Origin: Paraspadella gotoi | Taxonomy: Eukaryota; Animalia; Chaetognatha | Assembly: GCA_051294375.1 (NCBI GenBank) | Contig: CM119263.1 | Location: 1,352,510 to 1,416,509 of the forward strand | Direction of reading: 5' to 3' | Length of the DNA stretch: 64,000 nt | Shown: positions 45,401-60,412 of the stretch, in pieces | How positions within the stretch are numbered: the stretch's first letter is position 1 | Layout of the letters: every line of letters starts with the position of its first letter | Made by a program: the position numbers and the translations under genes | Notes under the pieces: model-generated | What the model was told of the DNA's origin: nothing | Seen by the model: the letters and a program-made list of their open reading frames with translations, nothing else | Databases searched by the model: none

Positions 45401-46485
45401 CGACTAGATTCGCGATTTAAATTTTTTTTTAAAGGATCGGTTTCTTCCGCGGGAGACGAACCGGTCCGCGATCCGAGCGACGCGTGGTGGCGCGAGTGAC
45501 GAGCGCCACGTGACGCGCGTAAGGAATCGTCGTCGTCGTCGTTGTTGTCGTCGTCGTCGTCGTCATAGACGTGGTCATTGTCGTCGTCGATGTGTGATGA
45601 GCGTGGCGCTATGAGAGCGGCGAGATGATGATTAGTTTACTGTTTCATTGAGTAATACTAATTAATAGTAATAGTAATTAAATTACTTAATGAATGGCGA
45701 TGATGATTGACAAACTTCAAACTTCACGATAGTCGTCCGATTAAAATTCGTCAAAGATTAAAATTAAAAAATCAAAAAAGTTAAAAAACAATTTAAAAAA
45801 AAAGTTAACATTAAATTTAAACTTTAAAGGGAGAAAACGGAAGATTTTAATTAAAGAAAAAGTAATATTTTTAATTTTAGTTGACAGAAAATGTGATAAA
45901 CGGTTAGAAAACGTGTTGAGATCCGAGGTCTTTTAATATTAGACTTAAAAAAAAGGCTCTCCCAATTTTAATTTTCTCTTCGTTATTTTTCGTCTTCTAC
46001 AAAGTTCAGATTAATTAACTAATTAATTAACTACTAATACAAAAAGTATTACAATTTAAACTCGTGTTCAAAAAAATAAACCAGAAGGTTATTTGAGGAT
46101 CGAGGATTCCCCATATTATGGAGACAGAATAATTGTTGAGAATTGACTAATGATGACCTATGACCCATGACCTATGATCCAATTAGCGCTTTGAACGGTT
46201 TGTGGATTTTAATCTAATTCAATAGTAGAATAACGTCGAGAAAATGTTATTAGTTAATGTTCCATAGTTGTTGGTTTAACAAAGCCATGAGAAAGTTAAT
46301 TTATTTATTTATTTATTTATTGAAATGTAGAATTAATTGCAGGTGCAGAGGAGTCGAGAAGAGAAGAGAAGAGAAGAGAAGAGAACGACAGATGCGAAAG
46401 ATAGGAAGGAATTCGGGCGAAGAAAAGAAAAGAAAAGCTCAGCGGACAGACGGGAAAAGAGAGAGAGAGAAAGAAGAGAGAGAGA

Positions 46486-46558
<73 letters not shown>

Positions 46559-46944
46559 AGAGAGACGAGAGAGAGAGAAGAGAGAGAAAGAGAGAGAGAA
46601 AGGAGAGAAGAGAAGAGAGGAGAGAAAGAGAGAGAGAAGAGAGAGAGAAAAGAAGAGAGAAAGAAGAGAGAGAGAGAGTGTCCTTATCAAGGTTGACGAA
46701 AGGCTATCGGCATTCGGTTCCCATCATTCATGGAACGAGTGACAGATTCGACGAAAAAGCTTAAGCTTAAGTGTGAGACTGTGAAAGTGATTCCATTGGC
46801 CTTCCACTTTATTGCCTCTTCGATGTCGTGACGAATATACATTTTACTGGGAGACGGTATATATACTCTATATATACTCTATATATACTCTATATTACCG
46901 TAATATAAGCTCTTTATATCCTTCATACACGGGATGTTTTAGGC

Positions 46945-47312
46945 CACGAAAGACCGGGATCGCAGCACCGCTAGAACGGGATGGCAGCACCGCAAGAACG
47001 GGATCGCAGCACCGCAAGATCGATATCACAGCACAGCAAGAATGGGATTGCCACACCATAAGAGCAGGATCACCGCACCGCAAGAACGGGATTGCAGCAC
47101 TGCAAGAACAACATTGCAGCACCACAAGAAAAGGGATTGCATCACCACAAGAAGAGGATCACAGCACTGCAAGAACGGGATGGCACCACTGCAAGATCGA
47201 TATCCCAGCACTAAAAGAACGGGATTGCAGCACCGCAAGAAAAGGATCGCAGCACCGCAAGATCGATATCCCAGCACTGCAAGAACCGGATCGCAGTACC
47301 GCAAAAACGAGA
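46945..47312. repeat. ~21-22-bp minisatellite (cgggatcgcagcaccgcaagaa)
   Basis: About 17 diverged tandem units with no unique spacers. Confidence 0.85.
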
Positions 47313-47641
47313 TAGCGGGCGCCCAGATTTCGGTGATTCTAAGCGAAAATATTTTGAAGAATTTCTCTTGGATTTCTTCAGAGCAATAAAACTGGGAAAG
47401 TAAAGGTAAGTTAAGGAACTCTTTTTACCTTACTTTTTCCTTTGGAACCTCGATAGAAAAGCGGGTTCTATTTTTAGCCGTCTCGTTCCATCGCTGCGAG
47501 GAACCGGGCAGCGTAATCCCTGCAAGAACTCGACAATAAACTAGATTAATAAAGTTTTTATTCTTGGTTTTTTTAATTTGAACATACGGAAATAGAGCTT
47601 TTTTAGGGGAAGAGGATAACAAAAAATAACAAAATAACAAA

Positions 47642-47808
47642 AAATTATCCATTCATTTAATAAATAAGCTATCTTTCCCCAGACTTTGGACAGGCTTTGG
47701 TGGTTTAAGGCCTCCATCACTCTTACAAGATAATGACATAATGACATAATGACATAGCAGGGTCCTTCAAGCTTTTAATCAAGACTCTCTCACAGTCTCG
47801 TTTATTCA
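47642..47808 (-). repeat. Uninterrupted (empty-site) copy of the repeat that hosts the TRIM at 20.6 kb
   Basis: Reverse complement of 20478-20600 joined directly to 21257-21285, with a single ATAG. Confidence 0.85.
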
Positions 47809-48368
47809 TTTGATATTTATTTTCATTATGACATGACGTTTTAAGAACTAGGGAAACTAGTTTTTAGTTGCGCCGCGAATATTCGTTTTCGGTCGGTCGG
47901 TCCGTGGGTCAGTCGATATGTCTGTCCGTCGAACTGCTAGCGCCGCCTTCTGGAATTCCTAAAACTATAAAGAATAAAAGACGGAATTTTAATGCATTGC
48001 AAAAAAAAAATTTTAGTCATGTCATGTCATGTCATATCATGTGATCAAAGGAAAATATCCTTGAAAATAAAGTCACTTCGGTGAAACAAATTACCGTTCT
48101 TGTTTTGTTTGAAATCCCAAGATCTTTCTTTGTCCTCTTTTGAAAATTTAACCGAAAACAAAGAAAAAGTTAAAACGTTTAATACTGTGACCCAAAGCTT
48201 TCGGTGACCCAGCTGACCCAAAGACTCCAGTGACCCAGCTGACCCAGCTTTGACACCGTGACCCAGCTCTGACTAAGTGACCCAAATCTGACCCGACGTA
48301 ACGAGCGAAGAGACGTTCACTTGACGGACTTAAGAAGTCATCGACTTAAGCCTCTGACTTAGTCTCTC

Positions 48369-48399
<31 letters not shown>

Positions 48400-48519
48400 C
48401 TCTCTCTCTGTCTCTCTCTCTCTCTCTTTCTCTCTTTCTCTCTCTCTCTTTCTCTCTCTCTCTTTTTTTTCTCTCTCTCTCTCACTCTCTCTCTCTCTTT
48501 TTTTCTCTCTCTCAATTAC

Positions 48520-48561
<42 letters not shown>

Positions 48562-48782
48562 CCTCCATCCCTCCCTTTCCTTCAATATTTACACGTAAAA
48601 ACATCCTCGGCCACATAAACACTTCCTCACCCTCTCACTCTCACTCTCTAACCGTTAAAGAGAGAAAGTCTTCTCTCTTTTTGTTTGGCGCCATCTTGTT
48701 TTGTCCGAGAGAGGGGGGGAAACCGGCGATGGACTCGTTTGGATCTCCGGTTGTGGAATTCCACGCATTTCGATACTCACAA

Positions 48783-48838
<56 letters not shown>

Positions 48839-48849
48839 CTTCTCTCTCT

Positions 48850-48915
<66 letters not shown>

Positions 48916-50177
48916 GATTCGAACCGGTTAAACAACGAACGGACGAGAATCTTAACAACCCTGGACTTTGTTCCGTTTCGCAGTTGCTCTTGCAGTCAAT
49001 GGTGGCTGATGGTTGTTTTGGTCTCCAGGTTTTGTCTTTCGTTTTTGTCTTTCTCCCTTCTCTGCTCCATTCTCCCACCTCGCTCAGTTTTCATCTCCTG
49101 TCGTCCACGATTCAAAAGCTCCATGGTTCTGCTGGCCTCAGTGGCCCATTGGCCTTATTGACCCATTGGCCTCATTGGCTTATTGGCCATTCTCCTCTTT
49201 TCTCTCTCCTTCTTTTCTGGCCACATGTACATTTTCCTCTTTTCTCTTTTCTTCCTCTTTCCTTTCTTATCAATTTTTTTCGTTATTCCAATTCTTTTTC
49301 AAATTTCCCTCATCTTTTTCAGGTGAGTTTGTTTTTTCCTCCTTTAACTCCTTACCCTTCACTCCGCCGAACTCACTCTGTCCTGCCTTTCTTTCACCGC
49401 CCCGTGTCACAGAGCACCCGCCAAGAAAAGAAAAGAAATAAAAAGAAAAGAAAAGAAAAGAAAAGAAAAGAAAAGAAAAGAAAAGAAAAGATCAGTTTTT
49501 ACTCGAGGAAAATGATCCGCGATAAATTCTATTGTGACGGGAGTTGAGAAAAAAAGTTCGCTTAACTTACCCAATTTTATCGATTTCACCTCGAACTATC
49601 AACAGAAAATTCACAGTCACCAACCATTATTTCTTTTCTTGAGAATTTTGGTCACGGGATAAAAGAAAGAATTTGCAAATGTTAACGCTAAGCCATTTCT
49701 CAAATTTTCTAATTTTCTAATTTTCTAATTTTCTAATTCACATTAAAATTATGGGTTTATTGCCAGATCGAGATTTAATCATGGGAATTAACCACACGTG
49801 TTCCACTTTTCCCTTTCGTTTGAACCAAGGGGGGGGGGCATTGGTTGTTTGTTTACCTGACGGAATATTCCATGCGATTCATTGGTTTCAATTCAGAACC
49901 GTTGACGTCATCAAGCCACGCCCCCTTTTGCCAATTTCCCTTTTTTTAAACGTCCTTGCTTGTCAAGTTAAATGCGCAGATTTTGTGTCGTTTTCATATT
50001 AGTTTTTTATACGTAAGTAATTGAAATCGTTTTGCTTCGATAAATTTTCTTTTCGAGTAAAAATCAGTTTTTTAATACATAAGTTAAAATTGGACGAGAA
50101 AGAGAGAAAAGTAATACTAATAAAAAAGTAATACTATTAACCTATTAGGTTTTAGAATATTATTTTTTACTATTATT

Positions 50178-50268
<91 letters not shown>

Positions 50269-50621
50269 CCTTTTTTTCAGATTTCTCCCTGACACACCGC
50301 GCCTCCCAACTTTGGCAGACAACGCTCGATCGTCTCGCTCTTTGACCGCGCAATCTTCCTTTCGTTTTCCTTTCCTCCCGCCCGTCCTCCATCTACTTTG
50401 CCCGCCCCTGATCCCGCCACTCCCCTGCCATTTTCCCGCCTATCCGCCCGCTCCTCTGCCCGCCTCTTCGCTCGCTTCCCTCTGCCCGCCCTTCTTCCCA
50501 CGCTCGCCCGCCCTTCTCATCTTTTCTTGTCGAGTCTCGGGTCGTTATTCAAAAAAAAGCTTTTATATTCAGAGCGGAAGCATCGGGGCGTCGACCGACT
50601 CTCTCCCTCTCTGTCTGTCTG

Positions 50622-50685
<64 letters not shown>

Positions 50686-53269
50686 CTCTGTTTATTCAAC
50701 ATTCACGGTACCGACTGATTCAGTCCAAATTTTTCTTTTCTGTTCTCACCCCCTCACAGAACTCCAAGCGGATTAACATTCACGGTGAACGTCCTTCCTT
50801 CCCTTAGAAAAATGCCAGAAGGGAATGTGGACATTATCAGTAAATTAATGTAATTATAGTTCTTTGTTTAGACCTATAACTGAATTATCGGCAAAGTTGA
50901 GAGAAATCTATTATCTCTTTTGAGAACGAAATTTGTCAGAGACAATTTCTTAAAGAACTAAAAACGCATCTAAAGACACAAGTATCATTTGATTTCTTTT
51001 ACTCATTGATTCTTATTTTATTTCATTTATGTTTTCAGCCTCGCGAGCATCTTGTCTGGTTGTCGGCCCCGTCTTTTGTTTTAAATTGTGGTTGACAGTC
51101 GCGACACTGTGGTCACTTGTCACTGGTCACTGGTCACTGACCAGTGGTCAGTGTTCATTGTGTTCAACTGTGCCTCCCGTCGGTTTAATAATATTGTGGT
51201 TATCCGCGTTGGAGTAATTCCGCTCCTACAAATTAAAAGCGACGATAAATACTCGACGTTTACGTAAATTAGGTGATAGATTTTGTCGTGTGACACTGTG
51301 ACAACTGCGACGCTGTGACTCTTTCACCTCACTCTGTCACTTTTTCTAGTGACACTTTCAGGAAGGAGTGATTCATTAATTTTTGTCGCTCCTTTTTTAT
51401 CACTTTTTCTTTTTTCCTTAATGTGCGTAATATTAATCTACCGTATTTTCATTTCACTTGCACTTATTGCATTATAATATTTTAGTTTTTATGGCAATTT
51501 GCATGAGAAACTCAAGAAAACGAAGTTCCTCCGGGCGAAACACATTTAATTAGTTTACAAGTGAAACAAAATTGTGACTTTAAGCTAAAATGCGGGGCTT
51601 TCCGAAAAGATGCCCGAAATTTGACTGAACGTCGTTAAAATAAGAGTAATCTGGACCAACTGGATTCTGCTTTTTGATTAATTGATAATTGAATTTTTCG
51701 GGTTTGATATTTTGCGTGAAAAAAAAACAGCATTTTTTACTTCGTCTCTTTTCTTTTCTTTTTTTCAATGCAATTTTAATTTGAAAACAAAAAAAAGTTG
51801 ATATGAATTTGAAATAAAAAATTGAGATTTTCGTCTCTTCTTTTCCTTTCTCTTTCCTTCTTTGTTCCTCCGAAAATTTAAAAAAAGTTTTAAAGAAAAA
51901 GTTTTTTCTAACTTTTCAGAATTTCTTGCATTTGAAAAGGAACCGAGAGGAAAGGGTTTTTTTTGTTCAAATGAATTTAAATAAAAACTGTTTTGATTTG
52001 AAATAAACATTAACGAAACCTACACCCAGGATTAATTAAATACAAAATTGAAATAAAAAGTTTTTTCTATGATTTTAAGTAGATTTAAAAATTTTTTTAT
52101 TAGTTCGCAGTGATGTGAAAAAATTGGGAGAAAATAAGGGCTCTCTTTTCTAAAAATTAAATATTAATATTTAACCTAAATGTGTTCCAAACTAATCACT
52201 AATCCCTAATCCTTAATCCCTAACCCTAATCCCTAATCCCTAATCATAAGCCCTAATCTAATCTTGAACCCTAATTCGCGTTCTGGGAAAATAAGGCCAA
52301 ATAAAAAGGTGAGATAGAGAGAGAGGAAAAGAGAAAGAAGAAAAGAGAAATAGAGAGAACGAGCGGTTGTGTCATGATCTCATCACAATTCTACGAGTGG
52401 ACTCGCGTAATTGATACTCAATGATGAAGATCCTGTAGGAGGATCTGGAGGAAGAGGAGGAGGAGGAGGAGGAAGAGGAGGGGGAGATGGATTATGTAAG
52501 AGAAAGGAGAACGATACAGATAGGGAGGAGAGAGATAAAACGAGGAAGTAAGAAAAAAGGAGAAAAATAAAAATGAAGGAAGGTTTTTGGGGGAGGAAAG
52601 AGAGAAAGAAGAAAAAGGAAATGAGAGGAGGAAAGGAGGAAAGAGAAAGAAGAAAAAGAAAATGAGAGGTGGAAGGGAGGAAAGAGAGAAAGAAGAAAAA
52701 GAAAATGAGAGGAAGAAGAGAGGAAAGAGAGAAAGAAGAAAAAGAAAATGGCAGGAAGAAGGGAGGAAAGAGTGAAAGAAGAAAAAGAAAATGAGAGGAG
52801 GAAGGGAGGAAAGAGAGAAAGAATAAAAAAGAAATGAGAGGAGGAAGGGAGGAAAGAGAGAAAGAAGAAAAAAGAAATGAGAGTTGGAAAAAGAGGAAGG
52901 GAGGAAAGGAAAGAGACCCGATTCGTCGTCATTGCGTCTCAAATTATAACGGATTCAGGAAACGTTCTCTCCTTTTTTCTCTTCTTTTTAGAAAAAAGAA
53001 AAAAACCCAAATGACCCAAGAAATAAAGGAAAGGAAGGAAAAAGAAAACGGGAGTCTGCAGATCAGAGAGAAGAAAGGCTGAGGAGAAAGAGTGAGAACA
53101 AGTTTGAGCAAATAATGTCGGATCTGCCAACGATCATTATCGGTAATTAAATAATTAATTAATAATTAATTTAAGTTAATTAATTATTTCATTAATTAAT
53201 AATTCATTTATTCAAGTTAATTATTTAATTAATTAGGTAATTGCATTGACATTAAAAATAAAAAGAAAA

Positions 53270-53810
53270 AAAAGCATAATCAATTAGTTAAACAGGTTTT
53301 TTGTTTTTTCCATTTAAACTTATTTCCACTCTGACGATTCCATCGAAACTTGATTTTCAGTTTAATCACACACTTTTTTACCCAAATACAAAATTTCAAG
53401 CCAATCGCCCTATCCATTTATGAGTAATTGGTGTTCAAATATTTAAACTCATTTCCACTCGGACGATTCCATCGAAACTTCATATCCAGCTCAATCACAC
53501 ACTTCCATACTCACACACAAAATTTCATTTCAATCCATCCATCCAATCAGGAGTAATTGGTGTTTTTTGCTAAGGTGGGACGGACGGACGGATGGACGGA
53601 CAGATGGATGGATGGATGGACGGACGGACGCACAGACAGACAGACAGACAGACGGACTGACGGACATCATTTTTTTTGCATAATTTATCATAATTCAATG
53701 TTCTGACATGATATAAGTGTGTGCCCGACAATATTGAGGGGGCGGACCAATGGACCGACAAAGTTAATTATAGAGTCGGGATCTGCTGATAAGCAGATCC
53801 GACTAATAAG
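53270..53810. repeat. Second copy of the Helitron/DINE-like repeat, lacking the hammerhead insertion
   Basis: Reverse-complement similarity to 8095-8880, with a (GGAC/GGAT/CAGA)n microsatellite. Confidence 0.65.
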
Positions 53811-54087
53811 AGGTGAAATAAAATAGTGAAAAAAGATGGTCAAGTCAAAGTGTGACATGAAATAATGAGTATGAAGGGGAAATTGAGAAGAGATAAAATA
53901 TTTAGTGAAAAACGTGAATAACATGATGAAAGGAAATACTAGTGAAAGTGTGAAAGTGTTAAAAAGATAAGAAATGATTGATGGAGCATGGAGAGAGATA
54001 TGAGTGCCATGGCGAGAATAGGGTCAACAGATGAGTTATGAAAGAGGGAGAGTTATGAGAGAGAAAGATTTCAGCAAAAAAATGAGA

Positions 54088-54145
<58 letters not shown>

Positions 54146-55238
54146 GCTTGTGCAGACCGCGAAAAGGCGACACTCCGGCGTCTCACTGAAAAATTTTTAA
54201 TCTCTCCCTCATTTTCATCCGCTTTTTCGCAAGATTAATCGTCGTCGTCGTCGTCGTCGTTTTCATAGTCGTCGTCGTCGTCTTCGTCGTCCTCTTTAAT
54301 CATTCCATTCTCTTTTCCTTTATTTTCTCTCAATTCTAATCGTCAGCCAAGGTTCTTGTTCCATTTTCCTTTTTTATTTCCTAACGAAAATATCATTGGA
54401 CTAATCCTCGCCGGAGGAGGAGCATTTCTAAGAATTCCCCAGTCACGCATTAACATCATTAATCACTACAGCCACTGCAGCTTCTTCCGGATCGGAGATC
54501 TACCGAAATTGTTTAACCTTCGGTTATTATTTTTTTTTGATGAGTTTTGAGCATAAAATTGATTATTTAATCATAAAATTAGTTACAAAGTCTATTTAAT
54601 AGGGTTAGCCCCACTCAAAATAGAAAACATAAAACAATTTAAAAGATATATATGTCTTGTTTAACTTTTTAAGCTCTATCAGAATCCCAAAAAAATTTTA
54701 AGATTTAAATTTTTTTTCTATATAGTAATATAATAAGTTTAATTAGGCTAGTACCCTCAGAAGAAAGCATTTTTGAAAAAAAATATTTTAATACCATAAT
54801 CTATGCTCAGGATAGATTATTTTAACGCTGTATACCTTAGTGTTTAAATTTCATTGGCTATGGCTATTTCTAAGTAATAAACATTTTTTTCGTCACTAAA
54901 CTTTTGAAAAGTTAAAAATATAAAAATGTATCCATTTACCCAGTTTTCTGTGAAAAGTAACTAAGAAAAAACAAAAAATCCTCCATTTTTGTTGATTTTC
55001 CATGACTCGAAACGGTTACTTAATTAATTTCGTGTTCTGTTAATTTTCTGTTGATATGTTTGTATGCATCGGCATATAAGACGAATAAAATTTTTTCCTA
55101 AGAAAGCTTTCTTGGGAAAATGATCCCCCCAAAAAATTCTTTCGCCTCACATCATCTGTCTCATTCATCTCAACCAAGCTTTCTGGGAATAATTTTCTCT
55201 CTTCACGACTTTGGTCTCTCTCTCTCTCTCTCTCTCTC

Positions 55239-55526
55239 NNNNNNNNNNNNNNNNNNNNNNNNNNNNNNNNNNNNNNNNNNNNNNNNNNNNNNNNNNNNNN
55301 NNNNNNNNNNNNNNNNNNNNNNNNNNNNNNNNNNNNNNNNNNNNNNNNNNNNNNNNNNNNNNNNNNNNNNNNNNNNNNNNNNNNNNNNNNNNNNNNNNNN
55401 NNNNNNNNNNNNNNNNNNNNNNNNNNNNNNNNNNNNNNNNNNNNNNNNNNNNNNNNNNNNNNNNNNNNNNNNNNNNNNNNNNNNNNNNNNNNNNNNNNNN
55501 NNNNNNNNNNNNNNNNNNNNNNNNNN
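55239..55526. other. Assembly gap (N run) next to a (CT)n microsatellite
   Basis: Run of n characters. Confidence 1.
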
Positions 55527-55632
55527 ACGGGTGATGCTAATAAACGTGAAAAAGTTGTTTAAAGAAAGGATGAAACAAAGTTGGTAAATGAAAGTTGGGT
55601 TAGAATGGATTGATTCCCGGGGAAAAATATAT

Positions 55633-55682
<50 letters not shown>

Positions 55683-57435
55683 GAGGAGAGAGAGAGAGAC
55701 GAGGAGAGAGAGAGCACGAGGAAAAATGTAATAAATCCAATGGACCGCTTGTTTAAGGGACTGTCTGGAAAAGAAAAGATAATAGTGTAAGAAATGAGAG
55801 GGAGAGAGGGCGAGAGGGAGAGAGGGAGTTTCCAAAATTGGTTCAGGGAATTTGGAATTCTCTTCAAGGAAAAACCCGCGCATCCGAATCGCAATTGAAG
55901 CGCGGATTTTATGTGAGTCATCATTTGCCTCAATTCACAAAAAAATAAAAAAACAGGAACGTTGATTCCAATGTGTTGCGCCGAAGTTACTTTATTTTCA
56001 TGTTTATGACAAGACGTGACATGACTAAAAAACTTTTATGACATGCACTGCATCGAAATTTTAGTTTTCGGATTTCCTGAAAGACAGACCGACAGACCGA
56101 CAGACAGACCGACAGACAGACCGACAGACAGACCGACAGACCAACCAAAAAGTGACTAAATAGAGTTGCTCCGCGGAGCAACTAAAAAAAGATAAAAAAG
56201 AACGACGTGATATGACCTTTAGTCTTCGTGGGTTTTCATGGGATTCATTATGAGGTAAAAGTTGATCGGTGACTAAGACTGAGAATAATGACAATACTGA
56301 AAGTGAAAATAAAGTTATAAAGAAAAACTTAAAACTGACCAACTAAAAAGAGTTTTTGAAACTGGTTAAGTTGAAAAAAAAAGCCCGAAGAAGCAAAATA
56401 CAAGCCAAGAACAAGCAGGAAAAAGTGAAAATCGTGTGAAAAAAAGCAGAAAACACGGTAACAAGCGAAGGCGGCCCTCGCAATAAAACTTTTTCCTCAA
56501 CTCAATTTTACCGGCAAATGCGTCGTTCCGCCTGCCGATTGCCGATTGCCAACAGCCAACTCCGACTGCTTATACTATAGATGCCTGAAAACTTCCAACA
56601 GCCAACTACCACCTGCCAACGTCCACTTTCGCTCTGCCGACCGCCGATTGCCGACTACACACTGAGTAATGCGTATTGCCGCCTGCCAACAACCAACTTC
56701 TGACTATCGTCTGTCAACAGGCAACAGCCAACTCAGACTGCATATTGCCGCCTGCCGACTTCCGCCTGACGACTTACGCCTGACGACTGTGGGAAATCGA
56801 CGCATCATCTCAGATTCTTTATTTCCTTTTTCTTTCTTACGAATTCACGATTTCTTTTTTTTTTTCTTTTTTTTTCTTTCTTAAATCTCTCGACGACCGT
56901 TTGGCGTTGAGCTCAGTTTTATTGCTTATTTTTTCGTCTAAAAAACAATTCGACTCTGAATGTTAAAAAGATTTATATTTTATTTTAAAAAAATTTTGAG
57001 ATTTTTTTTTTTCGGTTGGATTTGACTTCTAAAATCCAGGCTTGCGATTCAATCCCAAGATTTTTGGTTAAATTTTGTTGTCTTTACGATTCATTTTAAG
57101 ATTTTTGCTCCTAAGTTGTTTGGGCCATTCTCAATAACATTTTCACCTTTCCCATTTTTAGGTTAAATTAAATAATTTGTAATTGTTTGTTATTTGTCAA
57201 TAACATTTTTACATTTTACATTATCAGTTTAGAAAACTAACTATTTTATTTTAAAAAAGGGAACGAGGTTTAGATCCTGAATTCGTTCGCCATTTTCAAT
57301 ATCGTTTTCAACTTTCCCTTTTCAGTTGCTAACGGAAAACAGGTTCTAAGTTTCCATTTGTTTTCCTTTTTTCCCCAAGTTTTTTATCGACCCCTAGACG
57401 ACGTTTCCGATCCCAAGATTCCAAAGGAGGGAAAT

Positions 57436-57472
<37 letters not shown>

Positions 57473-57996
57473 TCGTCGTCACTTTTCCTTCCGGGGTTTC
57501 TCTAAAAATTTCCTCTGGGACGCGAAGCAACATTGGCGTTCTGGAATCTGGATGCGATCCCGCCAAGATGGAGATGCGAATATATATGCGAATATTTAAT
57601 GAGAATAAAAGCTTCGTTTGCGATCACTGTCTCCATGAAGGGAAATTCACAAATATTCTAATATATGTAGATTTATGGGCTTCCAGTTGACAGTTGATAT
57701 TTAATTAATTTACAATTCCAGAATTGAATATTTAATCAAGTGATTACATTTGTGATGAAGAAACGGAAAGTGAAGTAACTTAAGGAGATGCGAAATGCAG
57801 ATGTCGCCTGTGCAGATGTCCCGAGATTTCAACAGGTGCCCGGATGCCCCTCGTCGCGATGAGTGCAACCGAGGCGGAGATTCGCCAGATGCGCTCAATT
57901 GATTGCATCTAGCACCGAGGCGTCGGCATCGCTCGATGAAGAAACGACCTTGAGAAAGAGAGAGAGAGAGGAACGAGAAGGAGAGGAGAGAGATGA

Positions 57997-58038
<42 letters not shown>

Positions 58039-59010
58039 GGAAATGGGACGGAGGAAAAAAAATGAACTGAACGGAAAGAGTTTTGAAAGAGAATTAATAA
58101 AGAAAAGGTAAAGAAAAGAAAAGAGAGAAAAGAAAAGAAAAAAGAAAAGAAAAGAATTGGGAGACAAAGTAATGAGGCGACGAAAAGACGATAGGAGAAG
58201 GAAGAGAGAGGTGAGAAAAGAGGAGGAGAGAGAGGAAATTGAAAAGAGGAGATAGGAGAAAGAAAAGAGAGGTGAGGAAAGAGGAGGGGAGAGAGGAAAT
58301 TGAAAAGAGGAGATAGGAGAATAGAGGAGAGAGGAGAGAAAAGTGGATAGGAGAAGAGAAAAAAGAGAAGAGAGGAGAGAAAAACGGATAGGAGAAGGGG
58401 AAAAGAGAGAAGAGAGGAGAGAAAAAAGAAGAGGAGAAAAGGAAAGTAGGAAAGAGAAAAGAGGAAAGATAAACAGTCGAATAGTCATGAGGAAAGATGA
58501 GATAAAAGAGAGAATTAAGCAAAAGAGAAATTCCGCATAAAATGAAGAGAATCGATGAAGTTTCTTCTTTTGACGCAGTCTCGATTTGACGCAGTTCTTG
58601 ACGCAGTCTTTGACTCAGCCTCGATTCGCTTTAGGGTCGAGGTCGAATCGAGTTGAATCGATGGAACTCTTCAAATAAGTATTAATATTATTACTTCAAA
58701 TAACGCAAGTATTAATCTTTTTACTTGCGTCGGTCATATTTGATTAACTTACTAAGTTTGCTATGGAGGTCTGATTTGAACCGGATCCATAATCCATGGA
58801 TCTGTAGGTCTTGCAAGAGAGCAAGACCTACTGATCCATAATCTATGGATCTGTAGGTCTTGCAAGAGAGCAACAGACGTTTTTCCATCCATGAATTTCC
58901 GAGACTGAGTATTTTTGGTCTCTTGCTTCAGACCCCAAGAGCATCTGGCAACGTTGCCTCTGTCTCCATGGAATCTTTTTTCTTCTGGCATCACCATCGC
59001 TGCTGGCACT

Positions 59011-59124
<114 letters not shown>

Positions 59125-59754
59125 CCCTCCATTTGCGGTGGGGCGACCCATGGCACTTCCACCGCCTTTGGATATTCCACGTGGCTTCGCCATTGCGCCC
59201 CTTTGGTTCCCCCTTCCCCTCCGACACCCTCTCCCCTTCGCCCTTCCTCTCCCCTTCCTCTCTCCTCTTCCTCTCTCCCTTTTTTCCTTCCCCTTCCTCT
59301 CTCCCTTCCTCTTCTCCCTTCCTCTTCCCCTTCTCCCTTCCCTTTCAAAAAAAAAAAGAAAGGTAATCGCGCGGAATATTTCCCGATAACGATCGCTATT
59401 CTGCTTGGGGAATATTTAATTTAGAAGATAAAAGCTAAACGACTATTTTGGTACGAAATTGGTACAACCAATATGTATCTTTAATCAATTATCTAACATT
59501 TGAACTATTTAATTATCAAGAGCAAGACGGCGATGGAATCAAATTGTTTGGAGAGTTTTTACTTAAAATTACTATTATTACTGTTATATAGCGCTAAATA
59601 AATACTGTTTAAATTTAATTTAAAGTTATCAAAATGTATGTAGTACATAACATTTTCTACTGTGTTTGAAGACTAATATTTAACTCACACTCACACACAT
59701 TAAAAAAGTGTGAGAGAGGGAGGGGCCGAAGAGGGTCAGGGGAAAACGAGAGAG

Positions 59755-60412
59755 ATCAAGGAAAAAGACGGGAGAAGGAAGAGGGGAGGAAGGAGAGAAA
59801 GATAAGGAGGAAGAGAGGAGGAACAGGAAGAAGAAAAAGAAATATGAAGAGGAAGTGAGGAGTAAGAGGAAGAAGAAAAAGAAATGTCAATAGGAAGAGA
59901 GGAGGAAAAGGAAGAAGAAAAAGAAAAGTAAAAAGGAAGAGAGGAGGAAGAGGAAGAAGAAAGAGAAGGGTAAAGAAGAAGAAAGAAGGAAGAGGAAGAA
60001 GAAGAAGAAATGTAAAGAGGAAGAGAGAAGGAAGAGGAAAAAGAAAAAGAAATGTAAAGAGGAAGAGAGGAGGAAGAGGAAGAAGAAAAAGAAATGTAAA
60101 GAGGAAGAGAGGAACTGGATGAACAGGAAGAAGAAAGAAAAGGGTAAAGAGGAAGGGAGGAGGAAGAGGAAGAAGAAAAAGAAATGTAAAGAAAAAGAGA
60201 GGAGGAATAGGAGGAAGAGGAAGAAGAAAGAGAAGAGTAAAAAGGAAGAGAGGAGGAAGAGGAAGAAGAAAAGGAAATGTAAAGAAGAAGAGAGGAGGAA
60301 TAGGAAGAACAGGAAGAAGAAAGAGAAGGGTAAAAGGGAAGAGAGAAGGAAGAGGAAAAAGAGGAAGAACTGTAAAAAGAGAAGGGTAAAGAGGAAGAGA
60401 GAGGAGGAAAGA
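59755..60412. repeat. Purine-rich degenerate minisatellite (similar tracts at ~52440-52910, ~57950-58520, ~61555-62015)
   Basis: gaggaagaggaagaagaaaaagaaatgtaaa-type units. Confidence 0.85.

Noticed and set aside
46945-47312. CRISPR-like repeat array
   Set aside because: Units are head-to-tail with no unique spacers, in a eukaryotic context; an ordinary minisatellite.
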